64,000 nucleotides of DNA from assembly GCF_036321535.1 (NCBI RefSeq), contig NC_087445.1, positions 46,314,001 through 46,378,000 on the forward strand, in the 5' to 3' direction. The notes below the pieces were generated by a model that was not told where the DNA came from, ran no database searches, and worked only from the letters and a program-made list of their open reading frames with translations. Made by a program: the position numbers and the translations under genes. How positions within the stretch are numbered: position 1 is the stretch's first letter; every line of letters begins with the position of its first letter. This DNA comes from Camelus dromedarius (Eukaryota). Positions 16,933 to 28,956 of this stretch are shown here, one piece after another.

Positions 16933-17500
16933 AGGTCAGAGTCTGAAGTGGAGAATGGGGTAGTTGGTAAATACATGACTGAGTTTGAAGGGTGCCCCTT
17001 ACCCCAGCTGAGGTAGGTGGGTCAGAGTCTGGCCAGGTGAGAGGAGGCACCCCAGTCCTTGGCCCTGACTCTGCCCCCGAACACCTTCCTCAGTCAGGAC
17101 CCCAAAGCAAGGAGACACAGGCAGGAGGAGAGGGACAACCAGAGGCTGGAGTCCTAGATAAGGGGTGGTTAACCCCTGTGTGTGCTCACATGCATGCATG
17201 CTCTTTCACACCCACCCACCCATACATACATACACACACACACACACGTTGGCTTTCAGAGAGGGGTCAGAGGGTAGAAGAAGTAAAAGCAATACGGAAG
17301 GACAGGGGAAGCTGAGTCTTTGGCTAGTGACTCAGTCCTCCTGGGATAAGTTCTCTGCCCTCAGCTGAGGGAGAGCAGTTCTCCTGCAGTCACCATATTA
17401 GCGTCTTCAACTCCTGAAGTTGGAGCAATATCTGAGAGTGGGAAAGGAGGAGGGGCAATGCCAATTATCAGCTTTGGGAGGTTACCAAGGCAATCCAATT

Positions 17501-17540
17501 TGAATAAATTATAAATTAAAAAATAAATAAAATAATAAGT
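17501..17540 (-). promoter_or_regulatory. AU-rich element in the ATOSB 3'UTR
   Basis: The mRNA strand reads ACUUAUUAUUUUAUUUAUUUUUUAAUUUAUAAUUUAUUCA: three AUUUA plus a UUAUUUAUU nonamer. Confidence 0.6.
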
Positions 17541-17866
17541 GGCCCCTGCCCAGGACAGGGAGGCAACGCTGGCATGACTTGCCTGGGAACTTAGGACAAC
17601 CTCAGGGTAGCTCCAGGTCCTCCCCACTACCTCAGCTGGCCTGGGAAATCCAAAGGAGGGGGCAGGCACGTGGAGTACCCAGAGTAGGTCAGGTGTGGTA
17701 CGGAGCAGAAGCTCTAAACACCCAAGTAATCAATTTGGGCATGAGCATGGCGAGGGCTTTAATTCAAGCTTGAAGGGTCTCTCGCCACTTCTCCACGTGT
17801 TTGCTCTGTTCAGGATGGAGCAGGATGGGCAGGTTCTTGACCCACATGGGTTCAGGGCACTGACAG

Positions 17867-18020
17867 TCAGGGCAAAGGTGAGTAACGTGGATTGTGAGGG
17901 GCCTCAGTCACAGCCTGCAGTTTGTAAGGGAGACCTGTGTCCAGTTCCAGGCTCCGGCGGGAAAAAAGCAGGCGGATGTCTCCATGCAGGCTTAACCGGC
18001 CTGAGCGGGAGCTCCGGAAC
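17867..18020 (-). CDS. ATOSB: ATOSB last coding exon
   Basis: FRSSRSGRLSLHGDIRLLFSRRSLELDTGLPYKLQAVTEAPHNPRYSPLP*. Confidence 0.95.
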
Positions 18021-20465
18021 CTGGGGGAGAACAGGCAGGGTGACCAAAGTGAGAAATCAGACAGTAGAGAAGCAAGGAGAAATCCTGGTCAGAGAAAGGT
18101 ACCTGGGCCTCCTCTCCAGCTGCCCTGGGCCCCTGTCCTCACCTGAGGTGCAACAAGTAGCAGAGGAGGCGGCGNNNNNNNNNNNNNNNNNNNNNNNNNN
18201 NNNNNNNNNNNNNNNNNNNNNNNNNNNNNNNNNNNNNNNNNNNNNNNNNNNNNNNNNNNNNNNNNNNNNNNNNNNNNNNNNNNNNNNNNNNNNNNNNNNN
18301 NNNNNNNNNNNNNNNNNNNNNNNNNNNNNNAAGCAAGGTTGGTAGGGTCTAGGGGATGTTTTCCTCTCCCCACTCCCACTCCCCCTCAGGGAAAACTCAC
18401 CACTTGGATGGTGCCCACCTTGGGCACGCTGTAACCCTTCCTCCCCAGGGGGTTCAGGTCCACGACACCCTGGGAAGGCCATGGAGCCATCAGCCAAGAT
18501 AGAGTCTGGGAGATTCCTTGAATACTCATGCATCACTACAATCTCTCACTCTGGGACCCAGCCCCTGCCCCATACTAGAGTTCTCCCCACCTGGCCCTGA
18601 CATTCTCCTGACATCACTCTTTAGATAAGAACATCTGAAGAATACCTCCTGCCCCAACCCTCATCCTCCTCATAAGCTAACTTTGGGTTGAGGTCAGGTC
18701 ATACCAGGAAGGGGGCCGGGGCATTTTGCTCAGAAACATCAAAGAAGGTGACAGTGACAGGCAGCGTGACATGCTGAGGGCAGTAGGATCCACTAGCTCC
18801 AATCTCTGCCGTGAAGCCCTCAATGTGGCCAGATGGTGCAAAACGTCCTCGCAGCAATGATTCCTGGGGTTGAGGTGGGAAAACACATTATGAGAAAGAT
18901 GCTAGCTATTTTCTTTATCCATCCAGGTGACACTCCACCATCCCTTCCCACAAAACCCCTCAATGAAGGAATCCAAGGGAAACTACCTCAAAGTTGCCCA
19001 ACAGGGTACGGCTGACAGTGGGAGTAGGAACAGGGGAGGCACTGGGGGGGCTCAGCAGGCCTGGACCCTTCCGGAGGCTTCGAAGGGAGCTCCTGGTAAG
19101 GGAAGGAATACATAGTGGGTTGGCTTCAGGTATCTGGGATGCTTGCTCACGTCCTTGGGCTCCACTATTTGATACTACCCAGGCCTCCTTCCCTGAGGTC
19201 CCCTACAGTGGGATTGGAAAGAGGATTACAGACTTCTGTCCCATTTTCAGGCACAGGGCAGAGAGAGAAGCTGGTCACTTACAGCTTCAGGCGACGGGCA
19301 CCTTTCAGCCTCCGTCCCATGGGACTGCAGTCTCTTGGGTCCTGTGGAGAGGAAAGGTTAAGGAAAGAGATTGGGTAGAGGCCAGGTATGTTTGGAGCAG
19401 GGGCTCATCACAAGCTCTTATAGGAACATCCCCATAGCCCATAACCTTTCCCCACACACACATCCACTTAAGAGCAGATCATCCCTCCTGGCTTACCAGT
19501 ACAGGCTCCCTGGGCCCAGGCAGCAGGTGGTTCCAGAAGGGTGTGGCTTTGGCATCAGAATTGTTGGCAGCAGGAGGGTGGCCCAGGGCTCCCCGGCGCC
19601 TCCGAGGGGCTGGCCCCTCATCCTCAGAGCTGACATGCAGGGCTTCTCCAGCAGGAAGCAGCCTTCGCTTGGTGGGGCAGGGGCCTGGAGGTCCAGGGCC
19701 AGGGGGTGTGTGCTCGGGGCTGTGCCCATTGGCAGTGCCAAGGGACTCCCTAGGCCAGGGGCTGCCCCCGTTGCCCACCCCAGCCACTGGGCTCTGATCC
19801 CCTATTTGTGCAAGACTGTGCAAATCAGTGTCAAGTGTGTGCAGCTGGCCCGGATGGGCTGGCCCTGGGGACTCTCCCAGGGACCCCTGTCCCACTGGAT
19901 CTGGGGAAACCCAGTCTCTGGTGTGCAAAGTATTGCAGGAAGCATTTGATGGGGGCCAGGGAGGGCTCCAGGTTCCTGAAGTCCAAGGTGAGGTGGAACT
20001 ACCTCCCTGTTCCACAACACAGAGGCCATGATGGCAGAAATGTTGGCTGGCCACACCCAATCCCAGCCCCAGTCCCTCTGGGCCCAATAGTCCCACAGTA
20101 GATGGTTCTTCAGGGGGTAATCCCTCTCTGGCCCCCAGCCCAGGGCCTCTCTTCAGCTCCCGGGGACCCTCGGTAGGCGGGGCTNNNNNNNNNNNNNNNN
20201 NNNNNNNNNNNNNNNNNNNNNNNNNNNNNNNNNNNNNNNNNNNNNNNNNNNNNNNNNNNNNNNNNNNNNNNNNNNNNNNNNNNNNNNNNNNNNNNNNNNN
20301 NNNNNNNNNNNNNNNNNNNNNNNNNNNNNNNNNNNNNNNNNNNNNNNNNNNNNNNNNNNNNNNNNNNNNNNNNNNNNNNNNNNNNNNNNNNNNNNNNNNN
20401 NNNNNNNNNNNNNNNNNNNNNNNNNNNNNNNNNNNNNNNNNNNNNNNNNNNNNNNNNNNNNNNNN
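17867..20465 (-). CDS. ATOSB: Atos homolog B (FAM214B); CDS partly hidden by gaps
   Basis: Exons: [20465]-19497 (ATG inside gap 20185-20465, expected near 20390), 19341-19283, 19092-18987, 18863-18705, 18469-18401, 18348-18143 (gap inside), 18020-17867. Contains the Atos-family motifs LLGNFEESLL, GFTAEIGASG, LLCYLLHLRF and the C-terminal NPRYSPLP*. Confidence 0.93.
18143..18348 (-). CDS. ATOSB: ATOSB coding exon 6 (spans gap 18175-18330)
   Basis: ctag|ACC CTA... at the 5' side; ...RRLLCYLLHL(R)|gtgagg at the 3' side; the middle is unsequenced. Confidence 0.85.
18175..18330. other. Assembly gap (156 N) within an ATOSB exon
   Basis: Run of N. Confidence 1.
18401..18469 (-). CDS. ATOSB: ATOSB coding exon 5
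   Basis: GVVDLNPLGRKGYSVPKVGTIQV. Confidence 0.94.
18705..18863 (-). CDS. ATOSB: ATOSB coding exon 4
   Basis: ESLLRGRFAPSGHIEGFTAEIGASGSYCPQHVTLPVTVTFFDVSEQNAPAPFL. Confidence 0.95.
18987..19092 (-). CDS. ATOSB: ATOSB coding exon 3
   Basis: SSLRSLRKGPGLLSPPSASPVPTPTVSRTLLGNFE. Confidence 0.94.
19283..19341 (-). CDS. ATOSB: ATOSB coding exon 2
   Basis: DPRDCSPMGRRLKGARRLK(L)|gtaagt. Confidence 0.93.
19497..20184 (-). CDS. ATOSB: ATOSB first coding exon (sequenced part)
   Basis: APPTEGPRELKRGPGLGAREGLPPEEPSTVGLLGPEG...HLLPGPREPVL|gtaagc; acceptor ttctcttgtacag at 20467-20466 abuts the gap. Confidence 0.93.
20185..20465. other. Assembly gap (281 N) covering the ATOSB start codon
   Basis: Run of N. 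Confidence 1.
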
Positions 20466-20708
20466 CTGTACAAGAGAAGAGAAGAAAAGATGGTCAGAGC
20501 AATCAGTGAATCTTCTCCCTCCCAGCTGAATTTCAGATCCTCCCCTGGACTGAAGAGGTGACCTTGGAGGACTCCTGGGTTGAAGGTATCCAAATCCCCA
20601 GATGGATTAATGGAACCTAGAGGCCTCTCCCAGAACTTCTGAGAACGTGACATGGTTAGCTCAGGTTTCTAATTGGACCGGCTCTCCCTCCCTCTCCCTG
20701 GCACTCAC

Positions 20709-20852
20709 CCCCATGAAGAGGCCTTACGCCTAGCTGTGTGTTGCCGCTTCCTGACTGATGCCTTGTTCTCCTAGCTTGCAGTCTGGTCCATGCCTGCTGC
20801 ACTGGCAAGGTGACTGCCACCATTCCGTGCAGCTCCTGGGCTCAGCTGGACC
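20709..20852 (-). other. ATOSB: Probable ATOSB 5'UTR exon (144 nt)
   Basis: Acceptor ctgtttttctctcctcag| and donor GGG|GTGAGT, just upstream of the first coding exon. Confidence 0.65.
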
Positions 20853-23379
20853 CTGAGGAGAGAAAAACAGACATAAGCCAGGATCTCTGGAGCCAGTGAT
20901 AAGGCGCCTCTCCAATTGTGGGCTAACAGAGCATACCCCAGGACATCCTCCTCTGGCATAAGAAGCTCTTCAGAAACAGAAAGGGCAGTCTTGGGATCCA
21001 GGGTCCAGAGGGCAGAACTGGGCCACCCAAGGAGTCACAGAGAGGCAGGTCTTAGCTCTTTGTAATAAGGAAGTGAGAAGTAAGTTGAGGCAGGATGACT
21101 ATTTGTCAGGGCCACCAGCTGGGGAACTTCTGCCTTGAATGGGAAGGGGGATGAGATACCTCATGGTCCAAGAGATCATGCCAGCTGAGAGGTGGCCAAA
21201 GCAAGAATTCAGCTTTCCTAGTCAAGGCCACTGAGTTGCACAACTCCCTCCCATATACCTATCTGCAAAGGGACAAGTGCCACCTCAGAACCTTAAGGGC
21301 AAAGGTTTTGCAGAAACTTAACCCCCATCAGTGCTCCTTAGAGGTACAAACCTCAGGTCAGCTCAAAGTGGGCCCTTCAGCATTAAACCCCCAATTGCCC
21401 CCAGCAGTCTGTCCCTTTAACAGGAAGCAACAAATCTAACCAAAACAAGTCTGGGGGGTGGGGTGGGAGAGGAAGCACAGCTAAAAGGCACTTTCCAGGG
21501 CCTACCCCACCCCCTAGGCCCTGCAAACTAGAGATAAGGCAGAGACAGTCAGACAGCTGGAGTACTTCTCACTCGTCTCCAACGTATCGAACACCCAAAA
21601 CCCCAAACCACTGCTTTTCTGCCAAGGGACAAGATGGTCTTCACTGATTTGTCCACCCTCAGGAGCCCATATTGGGTGAGGGATGTCAAACTGAAGGCCA
21701 TTTTTCATCGTGAGAGGAAATACTGTCCCCAAGATCAAGCTTCTCCTTTGGTCAGTAGCCTGTGCTGCCTGCTATCCACAAAACCCTTTCCCCTTCTAGG
21801 AATTCCCCCTGAATGCCTATCCAAGTCCTACCCTTGGCTAGGCCAAATGCTATCCCCTCCAGAAAGCCTGTTCTTGCCACCCCAGACCACAGATATCTCT
21901 GTCTCCTCTGAATCTTCACCTGTGGCAATGTCATTATCTCCTGTAACCCTGTGGCAGTTTTGCTTGCTTCTGTGGGTAAAACATCTCCAATTGACCACAG
22001 GGTTCTTGAAGATAGATTTGTGCCTCGCTCCTTGCATAAAACAGGACTGAAAAAAAGTAGAATGCAAGCCCTAGAGATCTGGGCAGCAGTCCTGACAGTG
22101 CAAAGAAAAACTCCCAGAGTGAGAGAAGCAGAGAGATTAATTGTATAAGGAGAATCAGCAACAACAGAGGTGGGGTCGGAGGCAGGGAGAAAGGGGAGAT
22201 TTGCACCCAGGGACCAAAAAGCTCCCTTACATCAAGTTCCCATCATTGCACCCTACACTATCCTATTTCACCAAGTTCTCATTAGAACTGGAAGCCCTAA
22301 GAAAATTCTGGTTCCCTTTGGTGGGTGGGGTGTCTGAAAAGGGCAGAATGCCAATGGCAGCATTGTCAGAGGGTACAACCTGTACTCATCTCTTTCCTCC
22401 TTTCCTCTACCTACATCATACAGATTGAGGAAGGGTCTCTTCCTTAGCACTCCCACCTCCAGGTCATCCCAGTTGGCCTCTTGAGTCCTTGCTCTGAGGA
22501 AGCCAGGTGATGACATGATATGGGGCTTGACCCCAGCATGCCTGGCATCTGCTTATTACCCCCGAGCCCTCTCAGTTCCTGCTGGGTCAATGAGAAGCTT
22601 TAAGACTCAGTTCTCTGCCACCCAGCCGGTCTGGCTCTAGACCATGGCTTCAAGCTGACTCATGGGGCAGGACTTGGTGGGGAGAGGGAGGGGCAGGGTA
22701 GGCAAAACCTTATTCTCTGTGCAGGGGGTGGGTGGCTGGTGTCAAACAACTGTATCAGGCTGTGGCTGGCAAGGACTACAGCTCCCAACATGCCAAGGCA
22801 GCAAGGCCAGCAAAAACAACAAGTCCCAGAATACCATGGGGTCAATACCCTCAGACACCTGCTAGGCCTGGGAGGTGGGGTAGGTGGGTGTTGAGCTCCC
22901 AGGCTCACTCTCCCCTTCCCTTTAGTATAAAAGGTATCCATTTCTACCCTGATCAAGAAGGGTGCAGGAAGGAGAATTCCTCTCCATGTGCTTTCCACCC
23001 TCACCCCCTTCAGAGAGAACTGCTGCCAGCTGCTCTACATTTTATCTCTACATCCGTCCACACAAGCTAGGGGGACCACCACTGTGGGTAGGAAGGTCAA
23101 CCACTGCTTTCTCACCAACCTCTTACCTCTGGCCCAGAGCCCTCCACCCTCCGTGGAGAGGAAACAAATCTTAACACCTCCTCCAAAATGAGCCCAGCAG
23201 ACTCACCCCAGCACCCGGGCTCCAGGACTCCTTGTTCTGAACGAACCCCCCGCCCCAACTCCCTGCTTAGCCTCCCAAGTCTTTTCTCACCCCTCTCCTC
23301 CCCACAGCCTGGGACAGGCCCCATTCCCTATTGGAGCTTCGGAGATTTGCTATTTCCCCCTAGCACAAACTCACCCCGT

Positions 23380-23900
23380 TCCCAAATTGGCTCTGCCGCC
23401 GCGGCCTCTGCTCCGGGCCCTTCCGTCCCGTCCCGTCCCGGTCCCTCCCCTCGAATGCCCGGTTCTCCCCACCAAGGGCCCCCAACCCAGACAAAGGGTG
23501 GCTCAGACTGAGCCCTGCTCTGTTAGGCTCTTCTCTGTTCAGCTTCGTGTGCAACACTAGCGGGCCCTGGCGCCCGCAGCCCCCAAGCCGCTGCCGCGCC
23601 CCTCCCCGCAACTGTCCCTCCCCGTGGCCGCCCCGGCTCCGCGGTGCCGACTCCACTGCCCCTCTGACTCACAGGCCATTTCCTACCAGCTGATGGGGCT
23701 GCCCGCCCCGCCCAGCGCCCCAACACCCCCGCCGCGGCCACCGCGGCCGCCACGCCCCCTAAAACTCGGCCCTCCGTGGGCAGCGACCATGCTCATTGGC
23801 CCAAAGGAGGCCAGCCTCCCTACGACCTCAAGTGTGAGGCACGCCCCCTGCAAGAAGCGCACGCCCATTGGTCCACAAGGGGGCAGGACTACCAGGGTAG
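23380..23900 (-). promoter_or_regulatory. ATOSB proximal CpG-island promoter / alternative first exon
   Basis: CpG-dense; CCAAT boxes on the minus strand (ATTGG near 23796 and 23867); candidate donor CCT|GTGAGT at 23673/23672. Confidence 0.6.
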
Positions 23901-25544
23901 CCCCACCTATCTCCTTAACCCATCTGCTGCCGAAATCCAAAGCAGCTCTCAGATCTGCCATTTAACCCTTTGAAAGACATAGGCCTCCCATTTTGCACCC
24001 CGCCCTTCCTCTTCCAAAGCTGGTTAATAGGACGCTCTAGGGCTTTCATAGACACAGTTCAACAATCTCCAAAGTCAGCCAGCTCTTCCCACACCAGACC
24101 CCAAATATCCCAACTCCCATTCATCTCTCCATGCCTTGCAAATCAAGGTTCCCGAGACCAGAGGGCTGTTAAGGCCCAGGAAGCTTCCTTCATGCGAGAG
24201 CAGATGAAAAGTCCTGAAGTGAGTCTTATTTCCTTCCATTGAGAAACAGTATTCTTTCTTCTCTTACTCTACATTGATGTTCTCTTGCCTTTATTAGAGG
24301 GGCCCCAAGGGCTCCTGAGATAGGGATACATTTTAATTCAGGAATCTAGACATCATTTTTTGCCTTTGAACGTCCATTCTGAGATCAGGCTGCTTAGCCC
24401 CTTTCTGCCAGTACTCTTTTCTATTCATAAGCCCCTGTTCAAGGAGGCAGAGCACCCAGGAATCTGTCCACAGTGGGGGAAAATGTGCCCAACTCTTGTG
24501 ACGGAGCTCACTATGATTCATAGCTCCCTCGAAACTCCCCACCCTCCTGGAGTTACTGGGCCCCAGGCCCAGCCCAAACTCAGCCAAATTAAGTGGCAGC
24601 AGGGCCAGGATTCTTAATTCTTATTCTCCTATTTTTTTAATGACCAGAATGGAAACATTTGCAAGGATTAGACATTAAAAGGCATTTTTCAGAGGCGCTG
24701 CTCTGGGGGCAAGTTAAGAAAATAAACAGTCCTGTCTATCTTTCCCTCTGCACTTGTAAAGTCAGACAGTTTGGAATTTAAGAGGCTTTTTCTCCCAGTC
24801 TTCCACGGAAGCACGAGGGAAAGACCAGTGTCAAAAGAGGTAGGACTCAAACTGAGGGCAGGCTCCCTGGCTGTGCCTCCGGAAGAGGGGGAGTCCATTC
24901 TTTAATAGTTCAGAAGCCACAGAAGGCCCAAGCTACCTTGCCTGTGGTGTTGGCCCCAAGGGCCCCCGAGGTTGTCACTGGACAGTAAAAAGAGGTTCTC
25001 CTCCCCTACGTCCTCCCTGTGCCCTAGACTTAGGAAGGATAAGCAACTAACAGTTCCCTTGGGTGCCCTTCTCCTCACCTCTGCCCAGCGGAAAAACCCT
25101 GAAAAAAGAACGCAACTGCAAGACTAACTTCCTTGCTGGTTCCCTAATGCTAAGAAACAGGATTTAGGAAATTTCCAACACCCTGAACATAATTTCAGAG
25201 TACCAATGTAAGAGCCTACTTGCCTTAGTAAAAGCTTACTGGGAAGTCAGTTAAACATAGAACACTGTAGGGAAGAAATAATCCCTTGCTGGCCCCACCT
25301 TATTCTATCTAACCACCTCTATCATAGGCCCAGGCTTTAGTTATCTGGAAAGGTCATGGCGCAATAGTTCAGAGGGAAGGATCAAAGATGTTCTAGGCTT
25401 CAGTATGCCTTGGGAAAGCTGCATGGTACAATCAAGAGGCTTTACCTTAGCTGCCCTAAATTCTTACCCTGCTTTATTTTTTTTCATAGCAGTTATCACC
25501 AGCTGACACTTCTCCTTCTTGCCCCTCCTCCCCCCCTCTTCTTC

Positions 25545-25583
<39 letters not shown>
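25545..25583. repeat. Compound microsatellite (CT)n(CA)n
   Basis: ctctctct...cacacaca, seen directly. Confidence 0.95.
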
Positions 25584-25584
<1 letters not shown>

Positions 25585-25589
25585 TACAC

Positions 25590-25880
25590 CATTTCTTTCT
25601 CTACCTATGAGAATGGAAGCACCATGAGAGTAGCAGTTTGTCTGCTTTGTTCATGCTGGTATTCCCAAAGTCAACATCAATGCCTGACATATAATAGGTG
25701 CTCAATAAACACTGGCTGAAAGAAACAATGAGCCCTGGGCTGAGTGAACAGCAATCAGGACACCTGGGTTCTAATGCCTGCTCTTTCACTGTGAGACTTG
25801 TGTCTTTGGTTGTTAATTTCCAAATCTGTAAAATGAGGAGTTTGTATAACTGATAACCATTAAGGGCATCTACAACTCTG
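25590..25880. mobile_element. L2 3' end followed by a MIR fragment
   Basis: aatgcctgacatataataggtgctcaataaacactggctgaa; cctgggttctaatgcctgctct...aaatctgtaaaatgagg. Confidence 0.6.
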
Positions 25881-28149
25881 ACCTTATACTGCTATAAGTC
25901 TAATGGCTATTGTTCACTCGTATCCATTTTCAGAGGATGGGTCTAAGTGTCTGAATGCCCTGCTGCTTGTACCAAAGCAGAAAGGCTATACTCCAGCCTC
26001 AGCACAGCAGACTGATGCCCTTTCTCTTCATGCCCCACCCACTCACACAAATGCCTCAGTCCTGAGGAAACTGCAGTGAGTCTGCCCTAGGCCCGCCTCT
26101 CTGAGAGACAGTCTGGGGAGCTGTGTTGCCATAGCAATCAGCTCCTCCTCAAAAGGCTTCGGCCTGCCCTCCTTTACCCCACCCTACCCCATGGCTTTGT
26201 CTGGCCCCAGCACCCCCTCCCGCTCCAGCCAGTCTCTCAGCCAGAGGAGGCAGGCTTGGGGCCCCTTTCAGCAACACTGTCACACTCATTCAGCCACTGT
26301 GTGGAAAGCAGAGATTTCTCACCCACTCCCAGCCAGCCCAGGGGCAAAAAGAACTCTGGTATTATATCAGGTCCCTTTAGGGAAACACAGAAGCCCCCAA
26401 GAGAACTAGGTCCTAGTCTCAGTTCTAACAGCTTCCAAGCGAGGAATGTAGGGAGCCATTTGTTCTTCTTTCCCCAGCAGAGGCTGGAATTTCACATCCC
26501 TTCCTAAATTCAGCCTACAATAGTAGCCCACCTCTCACGACTTGCATCAAAGACTCTTAGTATGTCTTACCAGTCTCACCATTTCCCTCTCCCACAGAAG
26601 CCCAGAATTTTTGAGGGTCTTAGGGTTCCCCAACAAAGAGAAGGAAATGTGTGGGGAAATTAGTATGGGGCAAGTGGTAAAAATGTGGCTACCGGTCACT
26701 TGGCGGAGCTGTTGGGAGAGACCTTGGTAGTAGTGAGGGCAGGCGGGGTCTGGGCCTTGCTGCAGGTTACTTAGGTCCCTGGTCATTGAGTACAAAGTCT
26801 GAGGCAGGGCACAGCTCCTAGACAGGCAAGGACCAGGCCAGGCCCCAGGGCGAGGAAGGAAGTGGGAAATGAGCACACCCAGAGCATAAGGGCAGGGCAA
26901 AGGGGGGTTGGGGGGGGGAAGACAGGGACCAAGGTAGTCTTCTAGAAGGAACAGGAACTAGAGTGGGGGGTTAACAGGAACCGAATGGGGGAAGGGTCCC
27001 CAGGGTCACCAGCTAGTGGGTAAAAACCCAGTCTCAGCCAGACAGATCTGAAGCTGAGTGAGATAGTCACATAAGCCCTAGTGGCAAGTGGGGCCTGGAG
27101 TGCTCAGGCCTGAGAGTGGAGTTATGAGCTGAGGAGCCAGGAACACTACAAACTGGCTTCTTCATCCCACTAATTCCATCTCTCTCTTTCCTAAAACACA
27201 GTACACAAACATCTTCCTGGAATCTCTACAATGCCCCCAGACTTTCTCAAAGCACTAGGGGTTCTTCCCTCCTCATCTGGGGCCTACAACCCCTTCCCCT
27301 CACACAGTGCCCGCAGCCCCATCCCTTCTTCCTCTACACAGTCCTTCTGCCCTTCCCACACTCTGGACCACCAGCCCTTCTCCATCACACAACACCCCCA
27401 ACCCCGACCGAAGAGCCTTCAGATCCCCTCCCCCCTCAAGTATCGTCTCCAACCCTCCAGATAGAGACCTCAGCCCCTCACGGTACTTCCCACCCTCACA
27501 ACGCACTCCCGCTCCTCCTTCACAAGGACTACTGGCGAATGCACCTTATTGCCCACACATTGGGCCTCCAACTCCTCCCCCAACTCTGTGTCTTACTCCA
27601 CTGCCCCAACATTTCTCCAGATCCTCTCCTTCCCTAACATGCTCCCTACCTCCTCATGTCTGCCCAAGCGCACCCCCGTCCTCGTCCCTTCTTCCACGCG
27701 CACCCCGCCCCACACCTGTAGTTCCGTGAGTCCCGTTGCACCTGGGGAGGTAGTGGACTGGGGCAGTTACAGAGCAGCCCTGGCTGCAGCCTCGGCCTGC
27801 AAACCTCGCCCCTTTGGTCCGAGCCCCACCCCACAATGCCCGGACCCACCCTCCCCCTTGTCCCACCTCCCACCTTCCCCGGGCTCGTCCCCTTTCCTAG
27901 TTTCTTTAATTCCTCCGGCTCCTCCCCTGTAATCAGTGTCCCACCCCTCCCTGGCTCCGCCCCTTATCTCCCTCTCGGAGTCTCCCCATTGAACCTCTCC
28001 TTGTCCCTCGCCCCACCCCTGGTCGCCGCCCCCTTTTGGTCTCTCTGCCTTTCACTAAAATCCAACCCCTCGGATTCCAGCCTGGCAGAACTCGTGCCAG
28101 GCCCCTTTCCACCGCTAACCCCCTCCCATCTCAAAGCCTCTCCTCCCTC

Positions 28150-28520
28150 CGCCCCTTCTCTGCACGCCTCACCCCGGAGCTCGCGCTCCAGCCCGGAACC
28201 GCTGGCTCTGATTGGCGGCGGCGGCCCCAATGGATGGCGGAGGAGACAGAGTGATGGCTGTAGGTCGCCCGAGGTCCCACCCTGGCCACGTGCGGCTTCT
28301 GTGATGACAGGTCTAGAAGGGCGGGGCCTAGGCTTGTAGTGCGCGGCCTAGGCTAACCGGATCGGGCCGGAGTCGGGGAGCCAGAGCCGGGACCAAAGCG
28401 CAAGCCCGAGGGCACTGAGCCTGACTATGCCCTCCCAGGCTTTCACTCTGTCATGAGCTGCCTGCGAAACTTGAATCTTTCAGTGAAGCCCTCTGCGTCA
28501 GCACGCATACTTGCCCTAAT
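28150..28520 (-). promoter_or_regulatory. ATOSB distal CpG-island promoter / first exon
   Basis: CpG-dense; CCAAT boxes at ~28211 and ~28227; E-box CACGTG at 28287-28292; GC box; candidate donor GGG|GTGAGG at 28173/28172. Confidence 0.6.
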
Positions 28521-28937
28521 GGGTGATGTATGTGGGGTTTACCGAATAGTGCAAGGAATCTCAGGGCTATGTAAAGATGGGAGAATCTGCTTGGCGAGGT
28601 CTCAAGTCTGTGAGGGTGAGCAGCTTCAGCATCCTACGTTATGCAGCTGAGTCTGAGTTCTGGGAGACTGGCAGTAAGAGTCAGATCGGTGCATGTGGAG
28701 GTAGATGAGCGAGGAAGTCTGTGAATTTTATGAGTGTAAGAGTTAATACGGAGTTGGAAGAGCCTGCAATAGCCACAGAAAAGTAGAGCCTTTGCTTTGT
28801 ACAAGTCTAGAGTGAAGTATGTGACAGCGACACGTGTTCCGTAATTTAATTAGCGCTCCAGTCTTCTCTCCAAGTAACTTCTCCCAGCCCCACGAGTTCC
28901 CGAGATACAGCAGAGGAGGTCGACGTTTTCCAGCTAT

Positions 28938-28956
28938 CCGGTAGATGGCAGCACAG
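28938..28956 (+). promoter_or_regulatory. Candidate CTCF site (forward)
   Basis: CCGGTAGATGGCAGCAC matches the CTCF core. Confidence 0.55.

Noticed and set aside
17695-19949. Long plus-strand ORFs (216 aa, 192 aa, 147 aa) opposite ATOSB, and similar ones opposite PIGO
   Set aside because: They are antisense shadows of real coding exons, and some are artificially extended through N-gaps.
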